A stretch of 64,000 nt of DNA from Coxiellaceae bacterium (GTDB taxonomy: Bacteria; Pseudomonadota; Gammaproteobacteria; JAJRRL01). The translations under genes and the position numbers were made by a program. Location: contig JBIKMG010000002.1 in NCBI GenBank assembly GCA_044359385.1, forward strand, positions 3,179 through 67,178, in the 5' to 3' direction. The notes beneath the pieces are model-generated. The model saw nothing but the letters and a program-made list of their open reading frames with translations, had not been told where the DNA came from and ran no database searches. Shown piece after piece: positions 40,415 through 50,300 of the stretch (its first letter is position 1; every line of letters starts with the position of its first letter).

Positions 40415-41683
40415 TTGTTTCGATACACTCAGGCTAGAAAAAAGTATATAAGTGTTGCTTGGGTGAGTTTTGCGTCGGGGCTGCCATTATTGTTAGTCGG
40501 ATCTACACTCCAGGCGTGGTTTACTACCGCTGGGGTTAGCTTAATGAGTATCGGTTTATTGAGCTTGATCGGTTTCCCTTATCTCGTGAAATTTCTGTGG
40601 TCGCCGGTGATAGATCGGGTGGCTTGGGGGCGTTTGGGGCGCAGAAAAAGTTGGATGATCCTGACGCAAGTGTCCCTAGCACTCATGCTATTCACGATGA
40701 GTTTTTTTTCTCCGATTACTCATATTGTCATTCTGGCATCCCTTGCTTTGGTGGTGGCTTTTTTTTCAGCCACACAAGATGTGGCTGTGGATGCGTATCG
40801 GACGGATCTGTTATTGATGAAAGAACGAGGTCATGGGGCTTCAATAACAAACATAGCTTTCCGTGCAGCTATGATGGTGGCTGGTTTTTTGGCACTATGG
40901 ATTGCTGCTGAAACCAGTTGGCATTTTATGTATGCATGGATGGCAGTTATTATGTTTATCTTGGCAATCGGGACAGGGTTTATCTCTGATCCAGCAGATC
41001 AACATCTTGGGCCAAAGAATATGCGAAGTGCAGTGATTGATCCGATAAAAAATTTTTGGCAGCGTTTTGGAAAAAAAGAAATTATTTTATTGGGCTTATT
41101 TGTTATTTTTTATAAATTCTCAGATGCATTGGCATTATCTTTGAATACTACTTTTTTACTTCGAGAGTTGGGATTTAGCCTCCTAACAGTAGGCTTTGTT
41201 GCTAAGGTTACCAGTACGGTCTCTATTTTGTTGGGCAGTATTGCGGCTGGGTTTTTAATGCCTCGGATGAGTTTGTATCGCAGCTTGTGGTGGTTTGGTT
41301 GGCTGCAGTTGATTTCGACACTGGGTTTTTGTCTATTGAGCGTGATGGGGCATCAGGTGATCACGATGGGCATTGTGATGTGTATTGATTTTTTTTGCGG
41401 TGGATTAGGTAGTGTTGCTTTTGTTGTGCTGTTGATGACGCTTTGTGACAAGCAATATTCAGCAACTCAGTATGCGATTTTATCCGCTTTAGCAGCAGCT
41501 ACGCGTGTTATTATCGGTCCAATTGCTGCGCTTTTGATTAAGCACGTGGGTTGGCTGGATTTTTATATGATCGCTTTTTTGTTGGGAATTCCAATCATGG
41601 GTTTGTTGTTTTCAATGAAAAACCAAATAGATAAAATAGAAGGAAAGATAGAGTACATAAACGAAATCTCTGTCTTGAGTTAA
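40415..41683 (+). CDS. ampG: MFS muropeptide permease AmpG
   Basis: GFPYLVKFLWSPVIDR ... GRRKSW AmpG signature. 12-14 TM helices. TTG start after AGGGAG; the ORF track begins at 40397. Confidence 0.75.
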   Translation: MFRYTQARKKYISVAWVSFASGLPLLLVGSTLQAWFTTAGVSLMSIGLLSLIGFPYLVKFLWSPVIDRVAWGRLGRRKSWMILTQVSLALMLFTMSFFSPITHIVILASLALVVAFFSATQDVAVDAYRTDLLLMKERGHGASITNIAFRAAMMVAGFLALWIAAETSWHFMYAWMAVIMFILAIGTGFISDPADQHLGPKNMRSAVIDPIKNFWQRFGKKEIILLGLFVIFYKFSDALALSLNTTFLLRELGFSLLTVGFVAKVTSTVSILLGSIAAGFLMPRMSLYRSLWWFGWLQLISTLGFCLLSVMGHQVITMGIVMCIDFFCGGLGSVAFVVLLMTLCDKQYSATQYAILSALAAATRVIIGPIAALLIKHVGWLDFYMIAFLLGIPIMGLLFSMKNQIDKIEGKIEYINEISVLS

Positions 41684-41685
41684 AT

Positions 41686-44600
41686 TCATTTTTTCTTTGG
41701 GCTGCTAAAGAAATGGGTGAAATGATACAGCCCATCAATGCCTTCGACATTAGTAGATTCGACACTACCTGACTGAAGTTGTATGGACCAATTAGGGTTA
41801 AATAAATATTGAAGTTGAAACAGGTTTAACTCAGTCGATATTCCACTGATATAACGGACATAAATTTTGGATGTCAGATAGCGTCCTACAACAAAGCCGG
41901 ACTCGTCTGAGCCGTAAGGTGTTCCTAAGGCATCTAAACTTAGATTCGATTGAACACCCAGTTCGCTAAAACCTAGCGTATTTTTAATTGTCATGAGCTT
42001 ATTCAGACCCGAGCTTAGGTTGTCAGAAGACAGCGATCCAATAGTTGCAAGCAAGCTTGCCAAATTAAAAGCATCAGCGGTACTCATAGGATGACCAAGG
42101 ATAAGATAGGATAAAATATCTGACTGGCTTAAAGTGATGGGGATCGAGTACATCGTGACAATTAAGTTTCCATAGACACCAATCGCAGAGATTCCGACGG
42201 TTAATTCAGTATTGTCTGAAAGAGAGCTCGCACTGAAGCCGCTTAGTTTTATTTTTCTAAAAATTTTGACATGAATAAATGGAGAGCTAAGCGGCGTATT
42301 ATCGAAAGAAATGCTCGAATCATCAGAAACAGTCAGGTCAAGATCAAGTGCATTGACTCGCCCATCTTCTATATGTATAACGCCTTTTCCGATGGAATCG
42401 GTATTTTTTGCCTTCAAAATATCGAGCTCTCCGGTTAAGCGCGTGTAAAATTCTTTACTAGTGACGACTACTTTTTTTCCAAGCTTAACCAAAATATCGA
42501 TGGATGCGTTAACGCCAGAATCTTTTTTGTTGCCTAAAATGATGACATCACTGGGCAAAGTGGTGGCGGATGGTTGGATAGAGGGGGGTATGATCGTGGC
42601 TGTAGGGATATTGACAACGCCTTTTAGCGTCAGATGATCCTGTATAAAATCGCCAGATACGTCAATATCACCAGAAGCTTTATAATTAGGGGAATCAGCT
42701 AATTGCAGGTTTTTTCCATTAATAGCAAACGACATCATGAAGTCACTCAAGTTGTTTTGAAAACCGCCATTAGCTGTAATGGTGATAGGTGTTGTTTTGG
42801 TTTTACCGCTTATGTTTAGATTGAAGGATTGGTCATGGAGATTAATTTTTCCATGAACATCTTCGATGGTATTTCCAAGCATCATGATTTCCACATTGGA
42901 TTTACGTAGGGTCATGTCTCCATTTAGTTTCGGTGAAGAGGCTAAGCCTGTTGCATGGATGTTTGCACTCATTGAACCGGTGTGAATGTCATAAATATCC
43001 GATAACGTATTTAAAAATCCCAAGTCTTGGATAGAGAGTTGAATCGAACTATTGATTTTTCTGTTATCCCATCGATGATGGTCATCTGTTGGACGCTCAA
43101 TGCTACCATCTAGTTTGAAGAAATCATTTTTCCCCCAGTGACTAAAGGATGAAAGCGTTAGTGTTTTGGGTAAGAGTTTCAGAATAAGCCGGGTGTTTCT
43201 AAGTGGGATAGGCGTTTGGACACCATACTCAGAAAATGAAACAATCGCTTTTGGCATCGTGATAATGGCCTCACCTTGTGTTGGCGAATGTTCGTTTTTA
43301 TAAAATTTTGCGTTGATATCCATCGGTAGGCTGACGTTTGTCATTTGAGTAAAATTATGCAACGGTAAATTTCGGCTGGTGAGTGTTGCTTTCCACGTGT
43401 TCCCCTGAGAAGTCGAGTTTTCGCAGAGAGAGGCGTTTTTGCTAACTAAGCAAAATGGAGTTTGTGCCCAGTAGCTGATATGGCGAGCTTCTTTTTGGGT
43501 TATAAAAATGGAAAGAGAGGCCGGCTTTTTAAGCGTCCATTTTTTAAGTAGCGCGTTTAGATTTAATTTTTCCAAATGGATGCTATATCCAAACCTTTCT
43601 TTTTTTAGCTGACCATTAAGCAGGAGAGAGTGGACAGGCGTTATGTCTGAATTTAATTCTAAATCGATATTAAAAGGGGAGGTTTTGTGAATGGTTTTAA
43701 GGATATTGATTTTTCCAGATTCAACCGTTAATTGAGGATTGCTCAGATCTTGGAAAGTTATTTTGAGTAAACGGATGATTTTTTCAGAGGTATCTCCATC
43801 CCAGTTAGCGTGAAAACGACTCAATCTTAGATCTTGCCACGCTACGTCTGAAAGAGAGGCGGCCCCCGTTGTTTTCCCATTATTCCAAGATCCGTGGCTG
43901 TTGATAGTCCCACTTCCTTTTGAATAGAAAGAAGGTATAAAAAGGTTTTCTATGTTCCAATCAGCCAGGAGTGAATGGGGTGTGGAAGTACCGTGAGATT
44001 GAATAATGCCAGCGGTTGTGTCGGCATTTATTTGCCAGTTTAGTGAAAGTAGTGTGCCGTCTCGTTCGCCGCTACTGATTGCTTTTAGCGAATGAATGAG
44101 GGGGCCATTTTCTAAGAAGGGTTTGGTGCTAATGTTGGTTAATTCAAGGGTGCTCTTCCATTTGAAGCCACTTTTCCAAGAAAGAGAGACTGTTCCGGAT
44201 ATGCGACGTTTCCTTTTGGACTCGGAAGAAAGTAAAAAATTCATAGAATTCAAGTTACCAGATCCTGTTCCCCTGAGTTTTGTGTATTTGTCGATAATGA
44301 GAGCGGTTATTGTATAATGAGCGAAGGGGCCAATTATCGAGAGGTTGGCTGACTGAAAGAAGTTAGCAACAGGTCCTAGGCTGAGAGACAGGTTGATTTT
44401 TTTTTGACTGACTAGGCCTTGCCAATGAATTTTTTTAGCACGTATAGGGTTTGAATTTTGGTTTGGAGTGATCTCCACGAAATCAATGCTTGCATGTTTA
44501 ACGTTGAGAGAAAGTGAGTTAGCGTCGGAATTGTTTTTTTTCTTTTCTTTTGAAGCATTAAGATTTCCAATAATCGAGCCTACGTTCAGGTAATCAATTT

Positions 44601-44871
44601 CAACTTTTTTCCAAAGCAAGGCAAAAAGGTTGTAGCGAAGGACGAGATTGGTTATGTCTAAGTTGATTCCGTTTGCATTAATCGTTATTTTTTTTGCTGA
44701 AATTTCACCGATAATTTCGCCTTTTAGATCGATAGTGGCTATTTTCGTGTCTGAAAAACGATTGACTGCCTTTAGTCCAAGCATTAACCCACTTTCTGTG
44801 GTAACCAAGAGAGTGATAAGGGTGAGTGCAACCAAAATAAATGCAAGCAATGACCAAAATAACTTTCTCAT
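41686..44871 (-). CDS. tamB: Translocation and assembly module subunit TamB
   Basis: 1061 aa. N-terminal signal-anchor. Long beta-rich body. DUF490-like C-terminus (..GRYLTSKIYVRYISGIS.ELNL.QLQY.L...WS.Q..SG). ATGA overlap with tamA. Confidence 0.75.
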   Translation of the reverse strand: MRKLFWSLLAFILVALTLITLLVTTESGLMLGLKAVNRFSDTKIATIDLKGEIIGEISAKKITINANGINLDITNLVLRYNLFALLWKKVEIDYLNVGSIIGNLNASKEKKKNNSDANSLSLNVKHASIDFVEITPNQNSNPIRAKKIHWQGLVSQKKINLSLSLGPVANFFQSANLSIIGPFAHYTITALIIDKYTKLRGTGSGNLNSMNFLLSSESKRKRRISGTVSLSWKSGFKWKSTLELTNISTKPFLENGPLIHSLKAISSGERDGTLLSLNWQINADTTAGIIQSHGTSTPHSLLADWNIENLFIPSFYSKGSGTINSHGSWNNGKTTGAASLSDVAWQDLRLSRFHANWDGDTSEKIIRLLKITFQDLSNPQLTVESGKINILKTIHKTSPFNIDLELNSDITPVHSLLLNGQLKKERFGYSIHLEKLNLNALLKKWTLKKPASLSIFITQKEARHISYWAQTPFCLVSKNASLCENSTSQGNTWKATLTSRNLPLHNFTQMTNVSLPMDINAKFYKNEHSPTQGEAIITMPKAIVSFSEYGVQTPIPLRNTRLILKLLPKTLTLSSFSHWGKNDFFKLDGSIERPTDDHHRWDNRKINSSIQLSIQDLGFLNTLSDIYDIHTGSMSANIHATGLASSPKLNGDMTLRKSNVEIMMLGNTIEDVHGKINLHDQSFNLNISGKTKTTPITITANGGFQNNLSDFMMSFAINGKNLQLADSPNYKASGDIDVSGDFIQDHLTLKGVVNIPTATIIPPSIQPSATTLPSDVIILGNKKDSGVNASIDILVKLGKKVVVTSKEFYTRLTGELDILKAKNTDSIGKGVIHIEDGRVNALDLDLTVSDDSSISFDNTPLSSPFIHVKIFRKIKLSGFSASSLSDNTELTVGISAIGVYGNLIVTMYSIPITLSQSDILSYLILGHPMSTADAFNLASLLATIGSLSSDNLSSGLNKLMTIKNTLGFSELGVQSNLSLDALGTPYGSDESGFVVGRYLTSKIYVRYISGISTELNLFQLQYLFNPNWSIQLQSGSVESTNVEGIDGLYHFTHFFSSPKKK

Positions 44872-46682
44872 AAGAATGTGCCCATAAAGATTTGTATTTT
44901 CCAGGAGTTTTTGTAGGTAGTCGATAGTACCTTGGCTGCAGATAGTTCGATTGCGCCAAATGGGCTTGCGTACAAGATGGCAGGCCCCGCTCCAGCAAGT
45001 AGCTTTTGTTTGAAGATATTATTAGATACATTGCCTGTGTCGTAAAAACCAGCAATGTACCAATTTCCATAAATACGCACTTGAGCTTCACTGCTGCCGA
45101 CGAAAAGCTCTCTTCCATTGTAAATGGAGTTGTAGCTCAATCCACGAATACTATTTGAGCCCCCAGCCATAAGTTGTAGCGTGAGTGGAATTTGATTGAC
45201 TTGTTTCACCGCAGAATATGCGATTTGCGTCCGTAATAGGATGCGTAATCGATCCCAAAAGGTGGTGACTGCCCGTAAATTAACTCGGTATTGTGAGAAC
45301 GAAGTTTCGGATAACCATTGTTTACTGGCCCCTGAAATGCTGGTGGTGAAGCTAAAGCCTTCTTTAGGAAATAATAAGTTATCAGCAATGAGGTATTGCG
45401 CATTAATATTGGGGTAAAATAAATTAGTTTTTGTTTTGGGTAGATTATTTAAGTTGTAATTCTCTTTGAGTAAATTGAGTTGGGCTCCGAATGTCCAATG
45501 ATCACGCTTGGTTGCGTAACCGGCTGCTAGTTGGCGAGAGAAGGCGGTTCCAGGTATTTCATCGAGATTTGTAAGGGAAGCAGTTAAGGAGTACTTGTCA
45601 TCTGGGGGGTAGCTCCCAGGAATAATGTAGGACGTAATAAAAGCACTGTTGACACGTGAGCCACGAAGTAACAGTTTGAATTTATCACCGTGTGGATTTA
45701 GGTCGTTCAGTGTGGTACTAACAAGGCCTCGAGGTCCTGTGTCGGTTCCATAGCCTGCTCCAACGGTATACGTATGAGGTGGCAATAGCGCTAGGGTTGC
45801 TTGGGTATTTGCTTCCCCTGTTTTTTTATCAGGTTTTAACGTTAGATTAACAGAGGAAAAGTAAAGGCTATCGATAAATCCAGCGCGGGTATTATTAAAT
45901 TCTTGTACTTGATAGGGCTCATTTTCACGATAGAGCAAAAAGCGGTGTAGAAATGGATTACTGAGCCGCGTTTTATTAAACGTCGTTTTCCCAAAGCGGT
46001 AACGTTTGCCTAGAAAAAAAATAATCGAGACATCGGCTCTATATTCAAAGCGATTGATTATCGCTTGAGCGGTGACTATTTTATTTGAAAAAAAACCGTA
46101 GTCATTAGCCAATGTGACCAATAGATTTTTGGCTTTGTTGTAGCTGCTCAGTGTAAATGGGTTGCCGTTTTGGATGGGCCAGTTTTTTTTCAGTAGCTGT
46201 TGTGCTTCTTTAGGGAAGGTTGCGCCAATAATTTTTAAGCGGAGTGTCTGATATAAAACGGGCTTGCCTAAGTTAATCGTGTATGTAATTTTCCAGCCCC
46301 CGGTTGTTTGGCTAATATTTTGATGGATTTGTGGGCTAAAATAACCATAAGGTTCGAGTGCTTGTGTAATGAGGCGCTTCATGGATAGGGCTGCGAGTCT
46401 TACTTGGATGCGCCTATCAAAGTGCGTCTTGAGCTGGTTATGTGTGCCAAGTCCTAAAATGTTGTGTATGTTTTTTTTTTCGCTGTGAGTGACACCCTGT
46501 ATAATCACGGTGACAGGTTTGCCAGGAGAAGGGGCGCCATTCTTTTTCTCGACCCAGTCGGCTGCTGTTTGTTTGGTTACGCGTATTTTTTCCCGTTGTT
46601 GTTTGGGCAAGAGTGAAGCCTTTTGCGCATAAGCAAAAAAACAAAAAAGAGATAAAAGAAACAGTGCAGTCCATTTTCGCAT
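44868..46682 (-). CDS. tamA: Translocation and assembly module subunit TamA (Omp85 family)
   Basis: Signal peptide, POTRA-like N-terminal region and Omp85 beta-barrel. Positioned immediately upstream of tamB. Confidence 0.75.
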   Translation of the reverse strand: MRKWTALFLLSLFCFFAYAQKASLLPKQQREKIRVTKQTAADWVEKKNGAPSPGKPVTVIIQGVTHSEKKNIHNILGLGTHNQLKTHFDRRIQVRLAALSMKRLITQALEPYGYFSPQIHQNISQTTGGWKITYTINLGKPVLYQTLRLKIIGATFPKEAQQLLKKNWPIQNGNPFTLSSYNKAKNLLVTLANDYGFFSNKIVTAQAIINRFEYRADVSIIFFLGKRYRFGKTTFNKTRLSNPFLHRFLLYRENEPYQVQEFNNTRAGFIDSLYFSSVNLTLKPDKKTGEANTQATLALLPPHTYTVGAGYGTDTGPRGLVSTTLNDLNPHGDKFKLLLRGSRVNSAFITSYIIPGSYPPDDKYSLTASLTNLDEIPGTAFSRQLAAGYATKRDHWTFGAQLNLLKENYNLNNLPKTKTNLFYPNINAQYLIADNLLFPKEGFSFTTSISGASKQWLSETSFSQYRVNLRAVTTFWDRLRILLRTQIAYSAVKQVNQIPLTLQLMAGGSNSIRGLSYNSIYNGRELFVGSSEAQVRIYGNWYIAGFYDTGNVSNNIFKQKLLAGAGPAILYASPFGAIELSAAKVLSTTYKNSWKIQIFMGTFL

Positions 46683-46807
46683 GGAGCGATTATAAGAGGT
46701 ATTAGCTGGGGTTTATAGTGTCTTGAATAGAGAAGTTCAATAAACAAACTAACTGCGTGAAAATAACCCTCGAGAAATAGAGGAAGTGTTGAAAAGAAAG
46801 AAGGAAA

Positions 46808-46883
46808 TGGAGCTGGTGAGAGGATTCGAACCACCGACCGGCTGATTACAAATCAGCTGCTCTACCAACTGAGCTACACCAGC
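46808..46883 (-). tRNA. tRNA-Thr (anticodon UGU)
   Basis: 76-nt cloverleaf read on the minus strand: GCTGGTG / D-arm GCTCAGTTGGTAGAGC / anticodon loop TTTGTAA / TTCGAAT T-loop / CACCAGC-T-CCA. There is one U-U mismatch in the T-stem. Confidence 0.75.
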
Positions 46884-46968
46884 AACCAAGAGACCGTATT
46901 CTAGCAAAGGCGAGTGAGAAATCAATAGTTTTTTAACAAATTTTAGGTAGAAATGCTTCTTCTAGAAG

Positions 46969-48384
46969 TTAGTCTTCTTGTTTTATTTTTATGTGCTCAA
47001 TGGCTACCTCAATGCGACGGCAGCAAGATTTTTGGCCGATTAAGTATAAAGTTACTTGGATGCTCGGGGAGTTGGTGTCACCAGTTACTGCAGTGCGTAA
47101 TGGTTGGGCAATTTTATTCATGTTGATACCGAGTGTTTCAATAGAGTCTTTGATCGTAGTCGCAAGGGACTCTGTATTCCAGTCGTCAAGTTGGCGTAGT
47201 TTTTGCAGCATGTGTTCTAAAACGGGGAGTGACGCATCGGTGAGTTCTTTTTTTTCGGCTTTTTCAGCATAGCTCTCAGGATCATGATAGAAGTAATGAA
47301 CTTGGTCCGCCATTTCGATCAAGGTTTTGCTGCGTGGTGCTAGCTGTTCAACGATTTTTTCAAGAGGAGGATTTTGTTGAACAACGATGGCTTTTTTCTT
47401 GAGAAAAGGCATCAAGTGTGGGATGAGCTCCTCAGTGTGTAGCATCAAAAGGTGTTGCTGATTGACCCATAGTAGTTTTTCTGGGTCAAAGATAGCGGGT
47501 GAATGATTAATTGTTTCCAAACTAAAAGTTGCGATGAGTTCATCGACGGTAAAGAGTTCTTGATCCCCGTGCGACCAGCCTAGCCGAACGAGGTAATTAA
47601 TCAGTGCTGAAGGTAAAATGCCTTGTTCGCGATAAGCCAGCACGCTGGTTGCTCCATGACGCTTGGATAGGCGCTTAGTATCTGCGCCTAGAATCATGGG
47701 TACATGCCCATAAAGTGGCAGTTTCGCTTTTAATGCGTTTAGCAGATTAATTTGCCTAGGGGTATTGTTAATGTGATCGTCACCTCGAATCACATGGGTA
47801 ATGCCCATATCCCAGTCATCGACAACAACTGTTAAATTATAGGTTGGTGAGCCATCGCTACGAGCAATAATTAAATCATCCAATTCGCTGTTGGCAATAG
47901 TGATCGTCCCGCGAATGAGATCGTCAAAACTAACTGACCCGGTTGTTGGATTTTTGAAACGAATGACATGGCTGTCAGTTCCAGCTAAATCTTTGTCTCG
48001 ACAGCAGCTGTCGTACCGGGGTTTTTCTCCACCTGCTCGCTGGTTTTCTCGAAGCTCAGTTAATTTTTCTGGGCTGCAGTCGCATCGATAAGCACTGCCC
48101 GATTCGAGAAGTTGGGTAATGACTTCCTGATAACGGCCCATTCGTTTCGATTGATAAAAAGGCCCTTGATTGTAATCAAGCCCCAGCCACGCCATCGACT
48201 CGATAATACCGTCAGTAGCAGCCTGCGTTGATCGCTCAATATCAGTATCTTCGATGCGTAGGATGAAATCGCCCTGGTTGGCTCTGGAATGCAGCCAGCA
48301 AAAGAGGGCAGTGCGTGCTCCGCCAATATGAAGATCGCCAGTTGGGCTTGGTGCGAAACGTGTGCGAATCATTGAATGGCTCAT
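46969..48384 (-). CDS. gltX: Glutamate--tRNA ligase
   Basis: RFAPSPTGDLHIGGARTAL (HIGH) and KLSKR (KMSKS) motifs. Start at MSHSMIRTRF with RBS AGGGAA; the ORF track extends to 48420. Confidence 0.9.
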   Translation of the reverse strand: MSHSMIRTRFAPSPTGDLHIGGARTALFCWLHSRANQGDFILRIEDTDIERSTQAATDGIIESMAWLGLDYNQGPFYQSKRMGRYQEVITQLLESGSAYRCDCSPEKLTELRENQRAGGEKPRYDSCCRDKDLAGTDSHVIRFKNPTTGSVSFDDLIRGTITIANSELDDLIIARSDGSPTYNLTVVVDDWDMGITHVIRGDDHINNTPRQINLLNALKAKLPLYGHVPMILGADTKRLSKRHGATSVLAYREQGILPSALINYLVRLGWSHGDQELFTVDELIATFSLETINHSPAIFDPEKLLWVNQQHLLMLHTEELIPHLMPFLKKKAIVVQQNPPLEKIVEQLAPRSKTLIEMADQVHYFYHDPESYAEKAEKKELTDASLPVLEHMLQKLRQLDDWNTESLATTIKDSIETLGINMNKIAQPLRTAVTGDTNSPSIQVTLYLIGQKSCCRRIEVAIEHIKIKQED

Positions 48385-48500
48385 TTTGTTCCCTGATTGA
48401 ATGTTCGGGCCAGGATACACGACCTATGCCTACCTATTCAAGGGTGCACCGGACACCATTAAATGTGATAATATTCTAAAGAGGTGGGTTGGAGGATTGC

Positions 48501-48821
48501 ATGGCTGAAGATAATCAAGACGCAGATAAGGCTTTAATTGCAGCAGTTATTGCGGATAATGCGCCATTGGTGCAAGAGTTGCTAGAAAAGGGGGCGAAAG
48601 CGAATTGTTGCGAGGATTCAGCAGAGCTTAGGCCATTGCATTTTGCTGCGATATATAACTCTCCCAGTGTGATCCCTTTATTGGTGATGGGTGGTGCGGA
48701 TAGCGCAGCGCTAACAGATTGTGATGATACGCCGTTGAGTATTGCTGAACGACATGGACATGAGAAAGTGATAACTATATTAAGTCGGCTAATAGCTCAT
48801 GGTGGAGTCAGTCGGCACTAG
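48501..48821 (+). CDS. Ankyrin-repeat protein (eukaryotic-like)
   Basis: Two to three ANK repeats (..LIAAVIADNAPLVQELLEKGAKAN ... PLHFAAIYNSPSVIPLLVMGGAD ... TPLSIAERHGHEKVITIL..). GGAGG RBS 5 nt upstream of the ATG at 48501. Confidence 0.65.
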   Translation: MAEDNQDADKALIAAVIADNAPLVQELLEKGAKANCCEDSAELRPLHFAAIYNSPSVIPLLVMGGADSAALTDCDDTPLSIAERHGHEKVITILSRLIAHGGVSRH

Positions 48822-48891
48822 TACTAGGGCTTTCGTTGCCTAATAAAACCTTATACAATAACGATGTTTCAATTGATTTAACGGGGATAAA

Positions 48892-49095
48892 ATGAATCGA
48901 ATCAGTCGTCAGTTAGTGCTGTCTGTTATTATTGGGAGTAGTTTGGTTTTACTTGGTTGTCGAACGATGCATGGTTTGGGAGAAGATATATCTTCTGGTG
49001 GAAAGGCGCTGGCCAATGCAGCAGAGCCTAGTAAGAAGAGCGGTACAGCGAAAACCGAAACGACAAAGAGCTCTACTACTTCGTCTAGTAAATAG
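48892..49095 (+). CDS. Entericidin (EcnA/EcnB) family lipoprotein with Ser/Thr-rich C-terminal tail
   Basis: Lipoprotein signal ..LLGC, followed by RTMHGLGEDISSGGKALANAA, which matches the entericidin core. Confidence 0.6.
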   Translation: MNRISRQLVLSVIIGSSLVLLGCRTMHGLGEDISSGGKALANAAEPSKKSGTAKTETTKSSTTSSSK

Positions 49096-49104
49096 CAGGT
49101 TTTC

Positions 49105-49791
49105 TTGCTTACCCTCTATGTAGTTAACGCCAGCTGGACGGAGTCAGCGGTTGCTGCTGCTTATCAGCGCTTATTACCGGGAGAAAAAAAGCGCGTGGAT
49201 AGGATGCGTGATAGCAGCAAAGCGCAGTTGACTATTTCCCTTTATGTTCGCAGACCGTTGTTAGCGCAAGCAACGGGCCTGTCAGAATCGAATCTGATTT
49301 TTTCTAGAGATAAAAAAGGCAAGCTTTTTTTAATGTCAGATCCAAGCTGGTGCTTCAATCTAGCGGATACGCCAGGTTGCGTCGTCTTAGCTGTAGCCCG
49401 TAACCAAGCGGTTGGGGTGGATGTGGAGAAAGTGGATCGAAACATAGCGAATGTAGACGACTTCATCGCAGCATGTTTATCGAGGATTGAGCAAGAAAAA
49501 GTGCGTAATCTAGCTGAAAAAGCTAAAAAAAGCTGGGTTCTAAAGTCTTGGGTCTTGAAAGAAGCGTATACGAAGCGGTTAGGCTTGGGTTTGTCTTATG
49601 GCTTTGATCGGCTCAGTGTTGACGCTGATGCACAGTGGCCATCGATTCAGATCGATGGTAGGCCCGTGAATTCAACAGACTACCTGGCTCTTTGGGCTAA
49701 CGATCGGGGCTATTATCTAGCGCTGTCGGTTCAAGGTGCGGTTGACCATGTGTGTATAAAATCGCTAGATCAGATTGATTTTGCAGTTTAA
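49105..49791 (+). CDS. 4'-phosphopantetheinyl transferase (Sfp/EntD type)
   Basis: GVDVE motif and W..KEAYTK motif. Contains a tandem SWVLK-SWVLK duplication. Probable TTG start. Confidence 0.65.
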   Translation: MLTLYVVNASWTESAVAAAYQRLLPGEKKRVDRMRDSSKAQLTISLYVRRPLLAQATGLSESNLIFSRDKKGKLFLMSDPSWCFNLADTPGCVVLAVARNQAVGVDVEKVDRNIANVDDFIAACLSRIEQEKVRNLAEKAKKSWVLKSWVLKEAYTKRLGLGLSYGFDRLSVDADAQWPSIQIDGRPVNSTDYLALWANDRGYYLALSVQGAVDHVCIKSLDQIDFAV

Positions 49792-49870
49792 ACCAGTTGA
49801 CATTCGGGAGTCACTTGAAGACAATGACCAGCTTGATTATTCCGGGTTCTGTTGTTGAATCTGGGGTTGT

Positions 49871-49952
49871 GGAGGGGTTCCCGAGCGGTCAAAGGGATCA
49901 GACTGTAAATCTGACGGCTTCGCCTTCGCAGGTTCGAATCCTGCCCCCTCCA
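49871..49952 (+). tRNA. tRNA-Tyr (anticodon GUA), CCA not encoded
   Basis: GGAGGGGTTCCCGAGCGGTCAAAGGGATCAGACTGTAAATCTGA + long variable arm + GGTTCGAATCC; near-identical architecture to E. coli tyrU. Confidence 0.9.
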
Positions 49953-50099
49953 ATTTCAAGATGTTAATAAAGGCTGATTTTGATGTAGCTGCGAGACAGG
50001 TCGAAAACCGGAGTGAGTCGGGCATGAGTCCTTAAAGCCCTGGCGCCCAGGCTTGGTTAAGCAGATTCGGAAAAGCGGTTGTTTAACAGATAATAACTT

Positions 50100-50170
<71 letters not shown>

Positions 50171-50186
50171 CAATCGTGGATCCTGG

Positions 50187-50261
<75 letters not shown>

Positions 50262-50300
50262 CTTGGTCGTGGGATTTTTTCTCTTTTGGAGGGTATTTTT

